Below are positions 18,901 to 27,947 of a stretch of 64,000 bases of DNA, in pieces. The stretch spans positions 35,429 through 99,428 of the forward strand of contig JACPJC010000007.1 in the NCBI GenBank assembly GCA_016187745.1, read 5' to 3'. Made by a program: the position numbers and the translations under genes. Source of the DNA: Candidatus Iainarchaeum sp. (GTDB lineage: Archaea; Iainarchaeota; Iainarchaeia; Iainarchaeales; JAXPJC01). Position 1 is the first letter of the stretch, and each line of letters opens with the position of its first letter. The notes beneath the pieces were generated by a model. It was not told where the DNA came from and did not search any database. It saw nothing but the letters and a program-made list of their open reading frames with translations.

Positions 18901-21900
18901 AAAATCAGTTGCAATTGCATTCAATTTATCATTGCTGTTTGCAACAGTTGCAAGCCAGCTTTCCTTTGGATCTGAAACCCCGCGGGATGCATCAACCGGA
19001 AGGAAATTCATTGCATTGTAAATGTAATTGTCGCATTCCGCGGTTGCTTCCCTTTGTGAAACCTCAATAAGCACATTCATCTGCTCTGTTGCTATTGCGC
19101 TTCCCTGTATGGGAACCGCGCCGTTGATTTTTACCTTGTAGCGCCCGCAGCCCTTTATTGCACCGGCAATTGCAAGATGGTTGCCCCATCCGCTCCTTGC
19201 AACATTTGTCTCAAACTCCTGCGCATTTGCAACATACTGCACATAGTAAGGGCCTAGCATGCCTGATTTTTCGCTTATTACGCTCTTGAGCATATCAGGG
19301 CTTAAATTGTCAAGCTGCAAATAGGCGGTAAAGCTTTCGGTTTGAACGCCCAGCTGCGAGAACATGCAGTAATTCGCAAACCTTTCGCAGTTTGTGTTGA
19401 ATACCTCGCTTCCGAAATTAAGGACCTTCAGCTTCGCGTCATTCATCTTGCTCTCAATCCTTTTAATCAGGAATGAGGCGAACTGCTCCGCATCGCAGTA
19501 TGCAGTGTCGCAGTTGTCTGTTTTTGCGATTTTAGGGAATTTAATTTTCGCATATCCCTCCTTGTCGCAGTATTTCACTTCAACTTCCCCTGTAGAAGGC
19601 CCGGAAGATTCAGCGCCCTTTCCCAATTCAACTTTTATTGTAAAGCGCTCGGAATTCGTCCACTTGAAGCTCCTTATCATGAATGCCGCAAGGAATGCGC
19701 TCAGCGTTCCGGATTGCGCCTGGTTTTTTGTAAGGGCAAGGCGCATTTCAGCCTTCTGCATGGGCTGCAGCGTAACATCCGACGGAATCATCACAAGCGG
19801 GTTTGTGGAAAACGCGTCCTTGGGCTCAAGCGCAGCAATCCTTATTTCCTCGTTGCACGTGTTGTATGCCGTAATCTTCTGCTCTATTATCTGGCCGTCA
19901 ACTTTGGTGGAGGAGAATTCAAGCGGGTTTGTTTCCGGGGTTATTTTCAGGCAGATCGGAGCGCTCACATGTATTGTAAGGAGTATCCTTCTCAGCTCAT
20001 ATTCCTGCCCGTTTATTGTCCCATTGACAACAATTGTCCCCTGAACCACCTGCCCTTTTGAAGAATCCGATTTTGCGACAATGAATGCCGGGGGAGTAAG
20101 CGTCCTTCCCTTCTGCAGCGTTTCCACAGGGTATTTTGGAAGGAACTCAACATTCACATTCTGCAGGAAAGCCGGCTCCATGCTGAATGTGATGTGCGAA
20201 ATCTCAAACTCGGAGCCGTTCCTTATGAAGAGAGGCACTTCGCTTATTGCAAACTGGTCGTTCCGGGTCTGCGCAAGCCACATCTCAATATTTGAGGGGG
20301 CGGTAAGCGCGAAGTACTTGTTCCATATTACCACTTCCACAGGAAGCGTTTTTGTGAGCGCATCGGATTTGTAGACTATTTCATAGCTGAAGCTTCTGCG
20401 GTTGAAGAATTTCCTGTCCAGTTCGTTTGAGGCATCTATGCGAATGGTTGCGGTTTCTTCAGCAGTTCCTGCGGCTCCCAAAGTAATTGAATCCGCCGAA
20501 ATAATAATGTCCTTGTCAGCAGTGCCCTTTGCCCTTATCTCAGGGTCGAGCGCAAGCGGAACATTGCATGTATTTTTTACGGTAAGCGTTGCAGATTCGC
20601 TTGAGCCCTTGTCATCAAGCAGATAGAATTTAAGCGAAGAAACGCTGAACTCAAGGCAGCCCTGCTCCAGCTCCCTGTTGTAAGTTGCAATAATCCGTGT
20701 TTTTGTTGAGGTTACATAGCTTCCCGCAACTGTTCCGCGGATAATCAAATCAGCTTCCGCATGCTCCCTTTCCTTTTTGCCGGAGTATTCCGCAATTACA
20801 GTAACATTCTGCCTCGCGCCCGAAGGAAGGGAGGAAGGAACGGCAACAGTGATTTCCATTTCTTCCGGGAATCCCGGGGATTTCACAATCTCATAATCAA
20901 TAGCATCAATAAGTTCCGGGGAAGCGTTTGAAAGGTCCGCAAATGCCTCTGCGCTTTCAGTTCCCTTCGGAATGTCAACTTCAATGCTTTCTGCAATTGA
21001 AAGCAGGCCCTCCTTCCCTATTGCTATTTGCGTAGCGTATGATTTGTAATTCTCCGCGGAAGCCTCAACTAAAAGAATTCCCGCATCAAACCCGTTCTTC
21101 ACAAGATACTGCCCGCCTGCGCCCTTGTCTGTTGTTGCATCCCCAACAATTGTCTGCAATAATTCCCCTGTTGATTTTTTCAGCTGCAATTGCGCCTTTT
21201 CCACAGGATTCCCGTCAATATCCTTAACGACAATCCTGAAATCCTGCCCGAACAAAACATCCTTCGGGCTTGTTTCAATGTACATTTCCTTCTCAACATA
21301 GATATTGAAATAGAAATTCTCGCTCAATACGCTCTCCCCTGAAATTATCTGCGAGGTAATGTAGGAGTTTTCAGCGGAATTTGCCCTGAAGTAGGCCCAT
21401 ATTTTTGTCTCCTCGTTTGCAATCGCCTGCACATCATCAATCTGCAGTTCAGTGTCGCTTTTATTATTATCAGCAATTTCAGTGAATCGCATCACCTCAT
21501 ATCCTGTAAATGCGATTTTCGGGAGCGTGCGCGAAGTGCTCAATTTTATTGTAGCGGAAACATCCTTGTCCGGCTTCAATGCAATTTCAAGCGCATAGGC
21601 ATTCCCCTTTACCGCCTTGAAGTTCTCTGGTGAAAATTCATTTCCCATCGCATCAATGAATCTGTAGCTTGCGCAAAGCTCATTCTCGCACGTTGGAATA
21701 GTCTCAAACACCGAAATTTCGGCATCATTTGTGCCTGCATACAGCCCTGTGCGCTCAGAAGTGTACTGCGCATCAGCGAGGAGCGCATCTTCCGGAGCCC
21801 TGTAATAGCGGTTTGCAATTATTGCCCATGCGCGGTAATGCACATCAATTTTGTCCGCAGTAATTGTTTCCTTTGCCTTTATTCTCACTTTTATTATGCG

Positions 21901-24060
21901 CGTTCCGTTGGGATTTGAATCAAAGTAAAGCTCAAGCCACTTGCTGTACTGTCCAGGAGTTCCGGAATTCTGCAAATCAATACCCTCATTTCCCGGCTCA
22001 GGGAAGGGAGAGTATGTGCGCCCGTAGAAATAGCGCGCCCCAATAACATTAAATCCGAGTATTCCAACATCATCCTGGTCAACATTGCTTATGGCATCAT
22101 TCCCGACCCTTACATGCACCCCTGCAGTGTATTTTCCCGCGGGCCATACTGTTTCGAATTTAAGGTAATAATCCTGCCCCTTTGAAATTCCCTTAACCTC
22201 TTTCTCGGATGCATCATAAACCCCGAGCAATTTTATCTGCGGCGCAAGCGTATCGGATGTTTCCCCGCCAATCTGTATTGTAATTTCATCCTTCCCCTCA
22301 ACGCTCACTTCCTCCTCATATTCCTTCCCGTCCGAAGTTGTAATGCGCACTTTCAGGAATTTGTTTCCCTGCGTGTCAACAATTATGTATCCGTTTGTAA
22401 TATTGCCATCAAAGAGCAGATTCCCTGCCGCGTCCTCAACCCTCACAGTTCCTGATTTCAGCGGATTTCCAAATTCATCAAGGAGATTAATAACAACGAG
22501 GTTTGCGGGATGGGAAAGGGTTATGTATAATTTATTGAATGTTGCCGCCTGAATTGCAATATTCCCATCAGCGCTCTCCGCGCCCTTAACCGCATTTACA
22601 AAAACATTTGCGCCAATAGCAAGCGTTGCTGCCGCATATCCCGTTACATCAGTGCGCATCTGCGGAATTCCCAGCGGCTGCTTCTCGCTCTCGGCGAACT
22701 CATAGAAGTTAAGCACAGCATCATTTGCCGCATTTCCCTTTGAATCGGAAACAAATATCCCAAGGCTTGCGGAATTGAGGGTTGTAATGCGCTCAAGCGC
22801 AAGAGTTATGCTTTTTCCAACTTGTATTGGAACAATCCTCATTCTTGCAGGCAAATAATTTGAATTGTATGCTGTAACAAAATAAGTGAAATCCGCATTC
22901 AGGTCCCTGAACTCAACGCTTCCCCCAAACCCTGTTTTATTATAGTCAATCATTTCCAGATTTGAATTGAAGAGCATTACCTCCGCATTCATTATGGGCT
23001 GGGAATCGACCCTGCTGCTGACATTAACCTGCAGAATGCTCCCGCCCTTCTGCATGTAAACATTCCATGTTTCCTCGTCGCTTCTTAGTGTGCGGTCCTC
23101 ATTTGATTCGCTTGAATCGTATTTCACATAATTTTCCCTGCTCACCGCAATCCTTATTGAAGTTCCCTTTTCTATTGCCAGAGTTGCCTGCCCGTCCTTA
23201 TCCACAACATCGGTTATGAGCCCGGAATCGGATTTATCATAAACCTGTATGCGCGCATTCTGCATAAGCAGGTTTGTTGAGGCGTCATAGACATTTATGA
23301 GCAGTGTTGATTTTCCGAGAAGCCCTGCTGCCTTCGGAACAAGCGCAACCTCATATAAATTATTTGAATCAAATGATTTTGTTATTTCATCGCTCTCATA
23401 CGCATCGCTTTCAACCTGCAGGGTTATTGATTCGCCTTTTGGGATATTGAGCAGCCTTACTACCCCGTTATTGTCAGTTTCAGAAACAATTTCCTTCGCA
23501 TCCCAGCGCGCTGTCACTTTTGCATTCCTTATGACATCCCCTGTTTCCTCATCAATGAAGCGCAGCATTCCAATTATTGGTTCGATTATTTTCTCAAGCA
23601 CCAATGAAGCCGCCATTTCCCTGTCCTTTATCTGCACAATGCTCTGGGAAGCCTTATACCCTGTTTTTGCCCCGCGGATTGTAAGCTCGTCCCCGGGTTT
23701 CACTCCTGAAAGCGCAACAACATCATTGTTCCCGAAGGTTTTTGAGGGAAGATTCAACTGCGCCCCATCCTCATTGAATATTGAAACCGAAACCCCGTAA
23801 AGCCCTGAATTCTCATTGTCAGTAATGCTCAATCTCAAATTAACATTCCACGCGCCGCCGAAAAGCGCAAATCCCGCAACAAGCGCAATTATTATCCCTA
23901 TAACCGCAACAGTGAACGGAAACGCGGGAATCCCCTTATTGTCAAGGAAGTCCGCATACGCATAAACCGGAATCCCCTTCCCATCCAGGAAATCCAGCAC
24001 ACTATAGAAGCCGTCCTCAATCTTCGTATAAGCGCCAAGAAGCGCAGAGCTTATTGCCAT
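15934..24060 (-). CDS. Giant membrane-anchored surface protein, paralog 3 (2708 aa) with C-terminal lysozyme/SLT-like domain
   Basis: EDGFY motif and TM; CarboxypepD_reg/Ig-like repeats; shared central domain (AGVHVRVG, YRAWA); CDAEQF motif; helical C-terminal region; VPDALLVAVGILKSG..NIECAARW..ALKDYN. Confidence 0.93.
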   Translation of the reverse strand: MAISSALLGAYTKIEDGFYSVLDFLDGKGIPVYAYADFLDNKGIPAFPFTVAVIGIIIALVAGFALFGGAWNVNLRLSITDNENSGLYGVSVSIFNEDGAQLNLPSKTFGNNDVVALSGVKPGDELTIRGAKTGYKASQSIVQIKDREMAASLVLEKIIEPIIGMLRFIDEETGDVIRNAKVTARWDAKEIVSETDNNGVVRLLNIPKGESITLQVESDAYESDEITKSFDSNNLYEVALVPKAAGLLGKSTLLINVYDASTNLLMQNARIQVYDKSDSGLITDVVDKDGQATLAIEKGTSIRIAVSRENYVKYDSSESNEDRTLRSDEETWNVYMQKGGSILQVNVSSRVDSQPIMNAEVMLFNSNLEMIDYNKTGFGGSVEFRDLNADFTYFVTAYNSNYLPARMRIVPIQVGKSITLALERITTLNSASLGIFVSDSKGNAANDAVLNFYEFAESEKQPLGIPQMRTDVTGYAAATLAIGANVFVNAVKGAESADGNIAIQAATFNKLYITLSHPANLVVINLLDEFGNPLKSGTVRVEDAAGNLLFDGNITNGYIIVDTQGNKFLKVRITTSDGKEYEEEVSVEGKDEITIQIGGETSDTLAPQIKLLGVYDASEKEVKGISKGQDYYLKFETVWPAGKYTAGVHVRVGNDAISNVDQDDVGILGFNVIGARYFYGRTYSPFPEPGNEGIDLQNSGTPGQYSKWLELYFDSNPNGTRIIKVRIKAKETITADKIDVHYRAWAIIANRYYRAPEDALLADAQYTSERTGLYAGTNDAEISVFETIPTCENELCASYRFIDAMGNEFSPENFKAVKGNAYALEIALKPDKDVSATIKLSTSRTLPKIAFTGYEVMRFTEIADNNKSDTELQIDDVQAIANEETKIWAYFRANSAENSYITSQIISGESVLSENFYFNIYVEKEMYIETSPKDVLFGQDFRIVVKDIDGNPVEKAQLQLKKSTGELLQTIVGDATTDKGAGGQYLVKNGFDAGILLVEASAENYKSYATQIAIGKEGLLSIAESIEVDIPKGTESAEAFADLSNASPELIDAIDYEIVKSPGFPEEMEITVAVPSSLPSGARQNVTVIAEYSGKKEREHAEADLIIRGTVAGSYVTSTKTRIIATYNRELEQGCLEFSVSSLKFYLLDDKGSSESATLTVKNTCNVPLALDPEIRAKGTADKDIIISADSITLGAAGTAEETATIRIDASNELDRKFFNRRSFSYEIVYKSDALTKTLPVEVVIWNKYFALTAPSNIEMWLAQTRNDQFAISEVPLFIRNGSEFEISHITFSMEPAFLQNVNVEFLPKYPVETLQKGRTLTPPAFIVAKSDSSKGQVVQGTIVVNGTINGQEYELRRILLTIHVSAPICLKITPETNPLEFSSTKVDGQIIEQKITAYNTCNEEIRIAALEPKDAFSTNPLVMIPSDVTLQPMQKAEMRLALTKNQAQSGTLSAFLAAFMIRSFKWTNSERFTIKVELGKGAESSGPSTGEVEVKYCDKEGYAKIKFPKIAKTDNCDTAYCDAEQFASFLIKRIESKMNDAKLKVLNFGSEVFNTNCERFANYCMFSQLGVQTESFTAYLQLDNLSPDMLKSVISEKSGMLGPYYVQYVANAQEFETNVARSGWGNHLAIAGAIKGCGRYKVKINGAVPIQGSAIATEQMNVLIEVSQREATAECDNYIYNAMNFLPVDASRGVSDPKESWLATVANSNDKLNAIATDFAKTLFNKEERVVNSSASNHVQLAVGGVEGAVVQLSLQSSGDASKEGRGSADSQKTLYANINEALNVQSGQQKEIAAEAGKAIRELKNAAISKDSCITANLLSLKLRSTKEIGEFKIESCKEGILKMHTGGASCCEYSVVSDISEKVKTESRTLEPNLRGISKLWIESAEEKREIGKDEALSLKWFEKEKKWEHPYKLCVKPDNFIADAHNKEVAISAQSKDDPARTAEEANVKLQMCGIHPVRLMSKLAKGEVKPGSYYANAVWGGGPEKINMGKIKLVPDAYTRLDNAKQQLANTQQPGQTAYETKRFWLQESGIGVYFAACGIAAMIAGSLKMPGIGGVADVIWNCGVPAGWASFKNGRETFKILGYVPKPGGMQGDAASALASQNTEVVKRYYGDITNAAAVELIGRYGGRLTIPGLKGLPSESSFKAAAKQVAEQIAQQENEKFFGGAATNYVTERAKALEETMTKNAKRYLGEKTLDDSLTKAVADAVEKTADNVKVITEFDKYKTNFGIDAEDVLKKTWEKSAEEIFKTQEILDHASRATVLQESTIGDITPAMQKAHYVTQVSGQIDNISEDLTKSVVAKLEEFSKTTVPSTVRDNIKNDIKTSLTKNVERLVVLEPVPVPRATGVTLVAKFKPPKDFIDETIKGALNSVKPKKPAAALTDDLTKNVIAKNVLKEFGKDADLFVKSGGAYQIPMKRFSRFFTSMVSKENLINVGKGLLTGIIEDAIGMLFYSVYMHNVFPQLQPTLNVVGVSAYGPTFGQISDIDFVKYSTYRIDVEEKDGKTQWKISGPIVDVEGELKNVKDVKWIEECDPKELSEPVPEYGLLPDASKFDRQDVKYIIAYYENYGGLIGSLAHREVGPGTRRDVPDALLVAVGILKSGLGIASSDHIMGCDVANPDSKEPAQNIECAARWFHEKGITSNSGKQQIINALKDYNNDPKNKHTPDLADREYEAVYNMYLQWNQFKVIPQGDSTFILAGQNA

Positions 24061-24146
24061 ACCATAACCTTCGCCAAATGTAATTAATTAATGCTCCTTT
24101 CCCCTTATTATATTTATTTGATTATAGTAGCCATTATATTTAAACT

Positions 24147-24749
24147 TTATCTGCCCGCAGCCCAATTCTGCCACGCGTAATAGAAGCCCGCAATGGCAAT
24201 GAGCAGCGAAATCCTGAAGAGCAGGTCATGCGAAATTTCCGCAATGCGCAAATCCAGATTTATAAGCAAAAAAATTGTTATGAGTATGCGGAGCAGGTTG
24301 AAAATGAAAACCGCGATGAATGCGGCTATTGCGCCAATAATGCGCTTTCTCATATCAATCCCGAAGCTCGCGAGTATTGCCGCGATCAGGAGAAATGTTT
24401 CAAGCGCGCCTGTGCACAGATAGCTTATGAATATCTGCAGGCCGTTCGGGAAAAGCGCAACAACAGGCTCCATTCCTGCATTTACGCTTGCCTGCACTCC
24501 AAATGCCCCGAAAATGAATGCCACAATGCTTGCAATTGCGCTTTCATAAATCTGCAAAGGAACAATAAGGAAAAAGGCAGTGTGCAGGAGCGCAAATGCC
24601 GCAATTATTGCAATTATGAATTTTGCCGCCTGAATTGCATTGCCCCTGTTCAGCTTGAATTTAAGCAGATGCTCGGCGGATTTTTTTATGTTTTTTTTTG
24701 AGCTTTTTGCAACATTCTTTTTAACTTTTGCCTTTCTTTTGCCCCGCAT
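24147..24749 (-). CDS. Archaeosortase/exosortase family transpeptidase
   Basis: Multi-TM protein with ISYLCTG (Cys), FNLLRI (Arg) and SHDLLF (His). Start placed at ATG 24749 because a TATA box lies inside the longer track ORF. Confidence 0.88.
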   Translation of the reverse strand: MRGKRKAKVKKNVAKSSKKNIKKSAEHLLKFKLNRGNAIQAAKFIIAIIAAFALLHTAFFLIVPLQIYESAIASIVAFIFGAFGVQASVNAGMEPVVALFPNGLQIFISYLCTGALETFLLIAAILASFGIDMRKRIIGAIAAFIAVFIFNLLRILITIFLLINLDLRIAEISHDLLFRISLLIAIAGFYYAWQNWAAGR

Positions 24750-24762
24750 GCTAACTATATAA

Positions 24763-24787
24763 AAATAAGGATTATATATAAGTTTGT
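24763..24787. repeat. 25-bp direct repeat copy 1, containing a BRE/TATA-like element on the minus strand
   Basis: AAATAAGGATTATATATAAGTTTGT, identical to 25607..25631. Confidence 0.9.
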
Positions 24788-24845
24788 TGTGCAATTGGCA
24801 GCTGTATCAAATCTGCACAAAGCATCAAACTGGCATTTTGTTTAT

Positions 24846-25583
24846 TTACTTGCGCATTTTAATCTGTAAAGTCATTTTTCTCTCTTTTAATCTTCGTAGC
24901 GTTCTTTTTGTAGATGTTTCCTTTTTTTTCCAAAGCTCATTAATCAATATGGTTTTAGCGATTTCTGGGTCCATTTTTCTTCTCTTATAATAAGTAACAT
25001 CTCTAACTCTTTCTCCCCTCATAATTCTCGCTATTAATCTTTTTTGTCTATTAATCTTTTCCAATATTTCTTTTTTATATGTAAAGATAGTAGTATTTAC
25101 TCTGGCATTTATCCCCCTTTTTCTTAGTTCATTCAATATTTCTCCCAAAGCAACATGCTGAAGGCCAAGGAGCACAGGAAGTTTCTGTCCCTTAAATTTC
25201 TTTAGTGTTGTTTCTAAAATTCTTGCAAAAGTCTGATCCCTGAATTTATTAGCCAATTCTGTTGAATAGCGACTACTCTTATTTTCATATGTTTTTATTA
25301 TTATTTCCCTAGAAACTGGAGTTTCTAATGGAATTATTGTAATATTCCTCTTTTTGCATTCATGCATTATTTCTAATGCAGCCAAGACATCAGGGAGAAT
25401 TTTTCTAACTGAACCAGTAATGACACTAAGTAATCTGTTGTAATAAGAGAGTCTTTCTGGGGTTATTTCCGTTGCCAAATGGGAATTTTTCGGCAAACCC
25501 CTAACATAATTTACAACATCTTCATGGGCAGAAGTATCAAAGTTATGAACCCAAGGTATCAACTCAACATCTGCCTTGTCCAT
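24846..25583 (-). CDS. AT-rich basic protein with TraB/GumN/TIKI-like motif pattern
   Basis: Start reassigned to ATG 25583 (SD AAGGTG). Motifs WVHN, LATE, FRDQTFA, LLGLQHV; Lys/Arg-rich tail. Confidence 0.65.
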   Translation of the reverse strand: MDKADVELIPWVHNFDTSAHEDVVNYVRGLPKNSHLATEITPERLSYYNRLLSVITGSVRKILPDVLAALEIMHECKKRNITIIPLETPVSREIIIKTYENKSSRYSTELANKFRDQTFARILETTLKKFKGQKLPVLLGLQHVALGEILNELRKRGINARVNTTIFTYKKEILEKINRQKRLIARIMRGERVRDVTYYKRRKMDPEIAKTILINELWKKKETSTKRTLRRLKERKMTLQIKMRK

Positions 25584-25606
25584 ATATAGTTTAGCACCTT
25601 TAATAT

Positions 25607-25631
25607 AAATAAGGATTATATATAAGTTTGT
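25607..25631. repeat. 25-bp direct repeat copy 2; lies in the divergent promoter region before the pilus ATPase
   Basis: Identical to 24763..24787; central TTATATATAA is palindromic, so it could act as a TATA box both ways. Confidence 0.9.
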
Positions 25632-25652
25632 CCTCTTTTTATCTGGGCAAAA

Positions 25653-27941
25653 ATGAAGATTGGCGGATTGCAGGTTGGGGACTGGGCTGTAAAGGAATCC
25701 GGGGGAAAGCAGCACCTTATTTTTGACTGCAGGAACTGCCCCTATGGAACCTCATTTGTGGAGGACCCGCACTGCAGGTTCCATATTTTTGCCGCGCTGC
25801 TTGAAACCGAAGCGGATTTGGTTGTGCTTTCTGAAGTGTATGAAAGGGTATACAACGAGGCGCAGACAAAAATGATGAGCGAAATAGCAAAGCTCATGGT
25901 GAAATTTGAAACCGAGGCGATATGGAGCTATGCGCATCTGGGCGACCCCAAAATCGAGGGCGAGGAATTCTTCGGCGAAAGGCATGATGCGCTTGTAAAA
26001 GTTGCGCATGACATACTCGCATATGACCCTATAGCCGCTTACGTCCTCTGCCTTGAGGAAATAAAAAAGGAAAGGAACCGGCTTGCGAAAACCCCTGAAA
26101 ACACAAGGGCTGAGATATACCTGAATAATTTGGTTGCGCTGCGCGAAACAATGGAGCGCACGGAACTCATAGGAAAGGCGCGCGACATAATAATGCGTTT
26201 GCGCCAAATACCTGAAACAACTGCATTGTACCACTCATTTTTCGAGGCGCAGATTAAGCCGAGCTTCATAGGCTCAAGGCTGCTGTTTGAGGAAATGGAA
26301 AAACTGGAATTGCTTGATGAATACAATGTCGGCCAGTCTTCCGTTCAAATCTTCAAGCACCCGAGCAAGACGGAAAAATTATATTTCATAAACCCGCCGG
26401 AATACTCTCTCCCCCCGGACAAGTATTTCGTGCTGAGCAAAACGCGCGAGATTGTCGCGACCTACCAGCCCGGAAAGGCTTCCCTGAGCTCAACCGCAAA
26501 ATCGCGCAAGTATTTTGAGCGCATCTATCAGGCAAGCATAAGGGACATTTCAAAGCAGGCAAACATAAAAATGTCCCCCGAGGATGTCAACCAGCTTGCG
26601 GAGATTGTGGCGCGCTATACGGTAGGATATGGAATCCTTGAAATCCTTCTTTCGGACAGGAGAATTACTGACATTTACCTTGATGCGCCGATAGGGCAGA
26701 AGAAAGTGTATATTGTGCATTCCAAATACGGGCAGTGCGAAACGAACATCATTTACACGCAGGACGAGGCGAATGCGCTGGTTTCAAAAATGCGCGCAAT
26801 GTCCGGAAGGCCGTTTGATGAGGCGCACCCGGTTCTTGACCTTGACCTTGCGGAACTGGAAACTCGCGTAGCAGTTATCGGCCCTCCGCTTTCTCCGGAC
26901 GGAACAGCATTTGCATTCCGCCTGCATAAGGTAACCCCCTGGACGCTCCCGCAGTTCATTGACGCGAAGATGCTTACTCCGCTTGCAGCAGGGCTGCTGA
27001 GCTTTTTCATTGACATGCAGGCGACAATGCTAATTACCGGTTCTCGCGGATCAGGAAAAACAAGCCTTGCGGGATCCTTGATGCTTGAAATTCCTCAGAA
27101 TTCGCGCATAATAGTGCAGGAAGACACAATGGAAATTGCGGTTCCCTACATGAAGGAGCTCGGATTCAATGTTCAGAGATTAAAAACAAGAAGCCCTATT
27201 TCAATTTCAAAAACAGAAACCGAAGTGGCGCCGGAGGAATCGCTAAGAACTGCATTGCGCCTGGGTGATTCCGCGCTGGTTATTGGGGAAGTGCGCTCAA
27301 AGGAGGCAAAGGTCCTCTATGAGGCGATGCGCGTTGGGGCGGCAGGAAATATAGTAATGGGAACAATTCATGGAGACTCCGCATACAGCGTTTGGGACAG
27401 GGTTGTGAATGATTTGGGGGTTCCGAACACTTCCTTCAAGGCGACGGATGTTGTTGTTGTTGCCCGCCCAATAAGGTTCGCCGGCTCGTTGGAAAGGCAC
27501 AGGAGGATTGTGCAGATTACTGAAGTTGGGAAACACTGGACTGAAGACCCGGAAAAAGAGCACGGCCTTCTGGATCTTATGACCTATGATGCCGGAAAGG
27601 ACACGCTTGAGCTTAATGAGGCAAACATAAAGAAATCGGAATTGTTTGAGAGGATAATGAGCGTTTCGGGATTGTCCGCAAAGCAGATATGGGCGAACAT
27701 AGAGCTGAAGGCGAACTCAAAGGAATATCTTGTGCAATTGAAGAACAAATACAAAATCCCCCTGCTGCTCGAATCGGAAAATACGGTGCTTGCGAACAAC
27801 AAGCTGCTTCTCATAAAGGAGAATGCGCTGCAGAAGTATGGGGCGTCGGCAAACCTTGATTCTGTTCTGGGCGAGTGGAAGGAATGGGTTAGTTCTGTGC
27901 TTCTCAAGAGGGTGCTGGGCGCACAAATGAAGAAGGGATGA
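25653..27941 (+). CDS. Type IV pilus/T2SS assembly ATPase (VirB11/FlaI/TadA family)
   Basis: Walker A GSRGSGKT, QEDTMEI Asp box, ALRLGD..LVIGEVR, MGTIHG; N-terminal DCRNC..PHC. Confidence 0.95.
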   Translation: MKIGGLQVGDWAVKESGGKQHLIFDCRNCPYGTSFVEDPHCRFHIFAALLETEADLVVLSEVYERVYNEAQTKMMSEIAKLMVKFETEAIWSYAHLGDPKIEGEEFFGERHDALVKVAHDILAYDPIAAYVLCLEEIKKERNRLAKTPENTRAEIYLNNLVALRETMERTELIGKARDIIMRLRQIPETTALYHSFFEAQIKPSFIGSRLLFEEMEKLELLDEYNVGQSSVQIFKHPSKTEKLYFINPPEYSLPPDKYFVLSKTREIVATYQPGKASLSSTAKSRKYFERIYQASIRDISKQANIKMSPEDVNQLAEIVARYTVGYGILEILLSDRRITDIYLDAPIGQKKVYIVHSKYGQCETNIIYTQDEANALVSKMRAMSGRPFDEAHPVLDLDLAELETRVAVIGPPLSPDGTAFAFRLHKVTPWTLPQFIDAKMLTPLAAGLLSFFIDMQATMLITGSRGSGKTSLAGSLMLEIPQNSRIIVQEDTMEIAVPYMKELGFNVQRLKTRSPISISKTETEVAPEESLRTALRLGDSALVIGEVRSKEAKVLYEAMRVGAAGNIVMGTIHGDSAYSVWDRVVNDLGVPNTSFKATDVVVVARPIRFAGSLERHRRIVQITEVGKHWTEDPEKEHGLLDLMTYDAGKDTLELNEANIKKSELFERIMSVSGLSAKQIWANIELKANSKEYLVQLKNKYKIPLLLESENTVLANNKLLLIKENALQKYGASANLDSVLGEWKEWVSSVLLKRVLGAQMKKG

Positions 27942-27947
27942 TGAAAA

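Noticed and set aside
19480-19497. CDAEQ / CDATQ as an alpha-2-macroglobulin thioester motif
   Set aside because: The thioester needs C-x-E-Q spacing. These have an extra residue and one lacks the Glu.
4235-24060. Inteins or diversity-generating retroelement target repeats in the giant genes
   Set aside because: No intein terminal or LAGLIDADG motifs, no reverse transcriptase, and no adenine-variant repeat pair noticed by eye. A self-alignment would be needed to exclude the last one fully.
24100-24145. Shared upstream motif (ttatagta / gccattatat) with the regions at about 2760 and 35420-35460
   Set aside because: Short AT-rich matches with inconsistent spacing; not distinguishable from promoter background.
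25584-25715. N-terminal extension of the 289-aa track ORF
   Set aside because: It overlaps the ATPase start and the promoter repeat. ATG 25583 has an SD and fits better.
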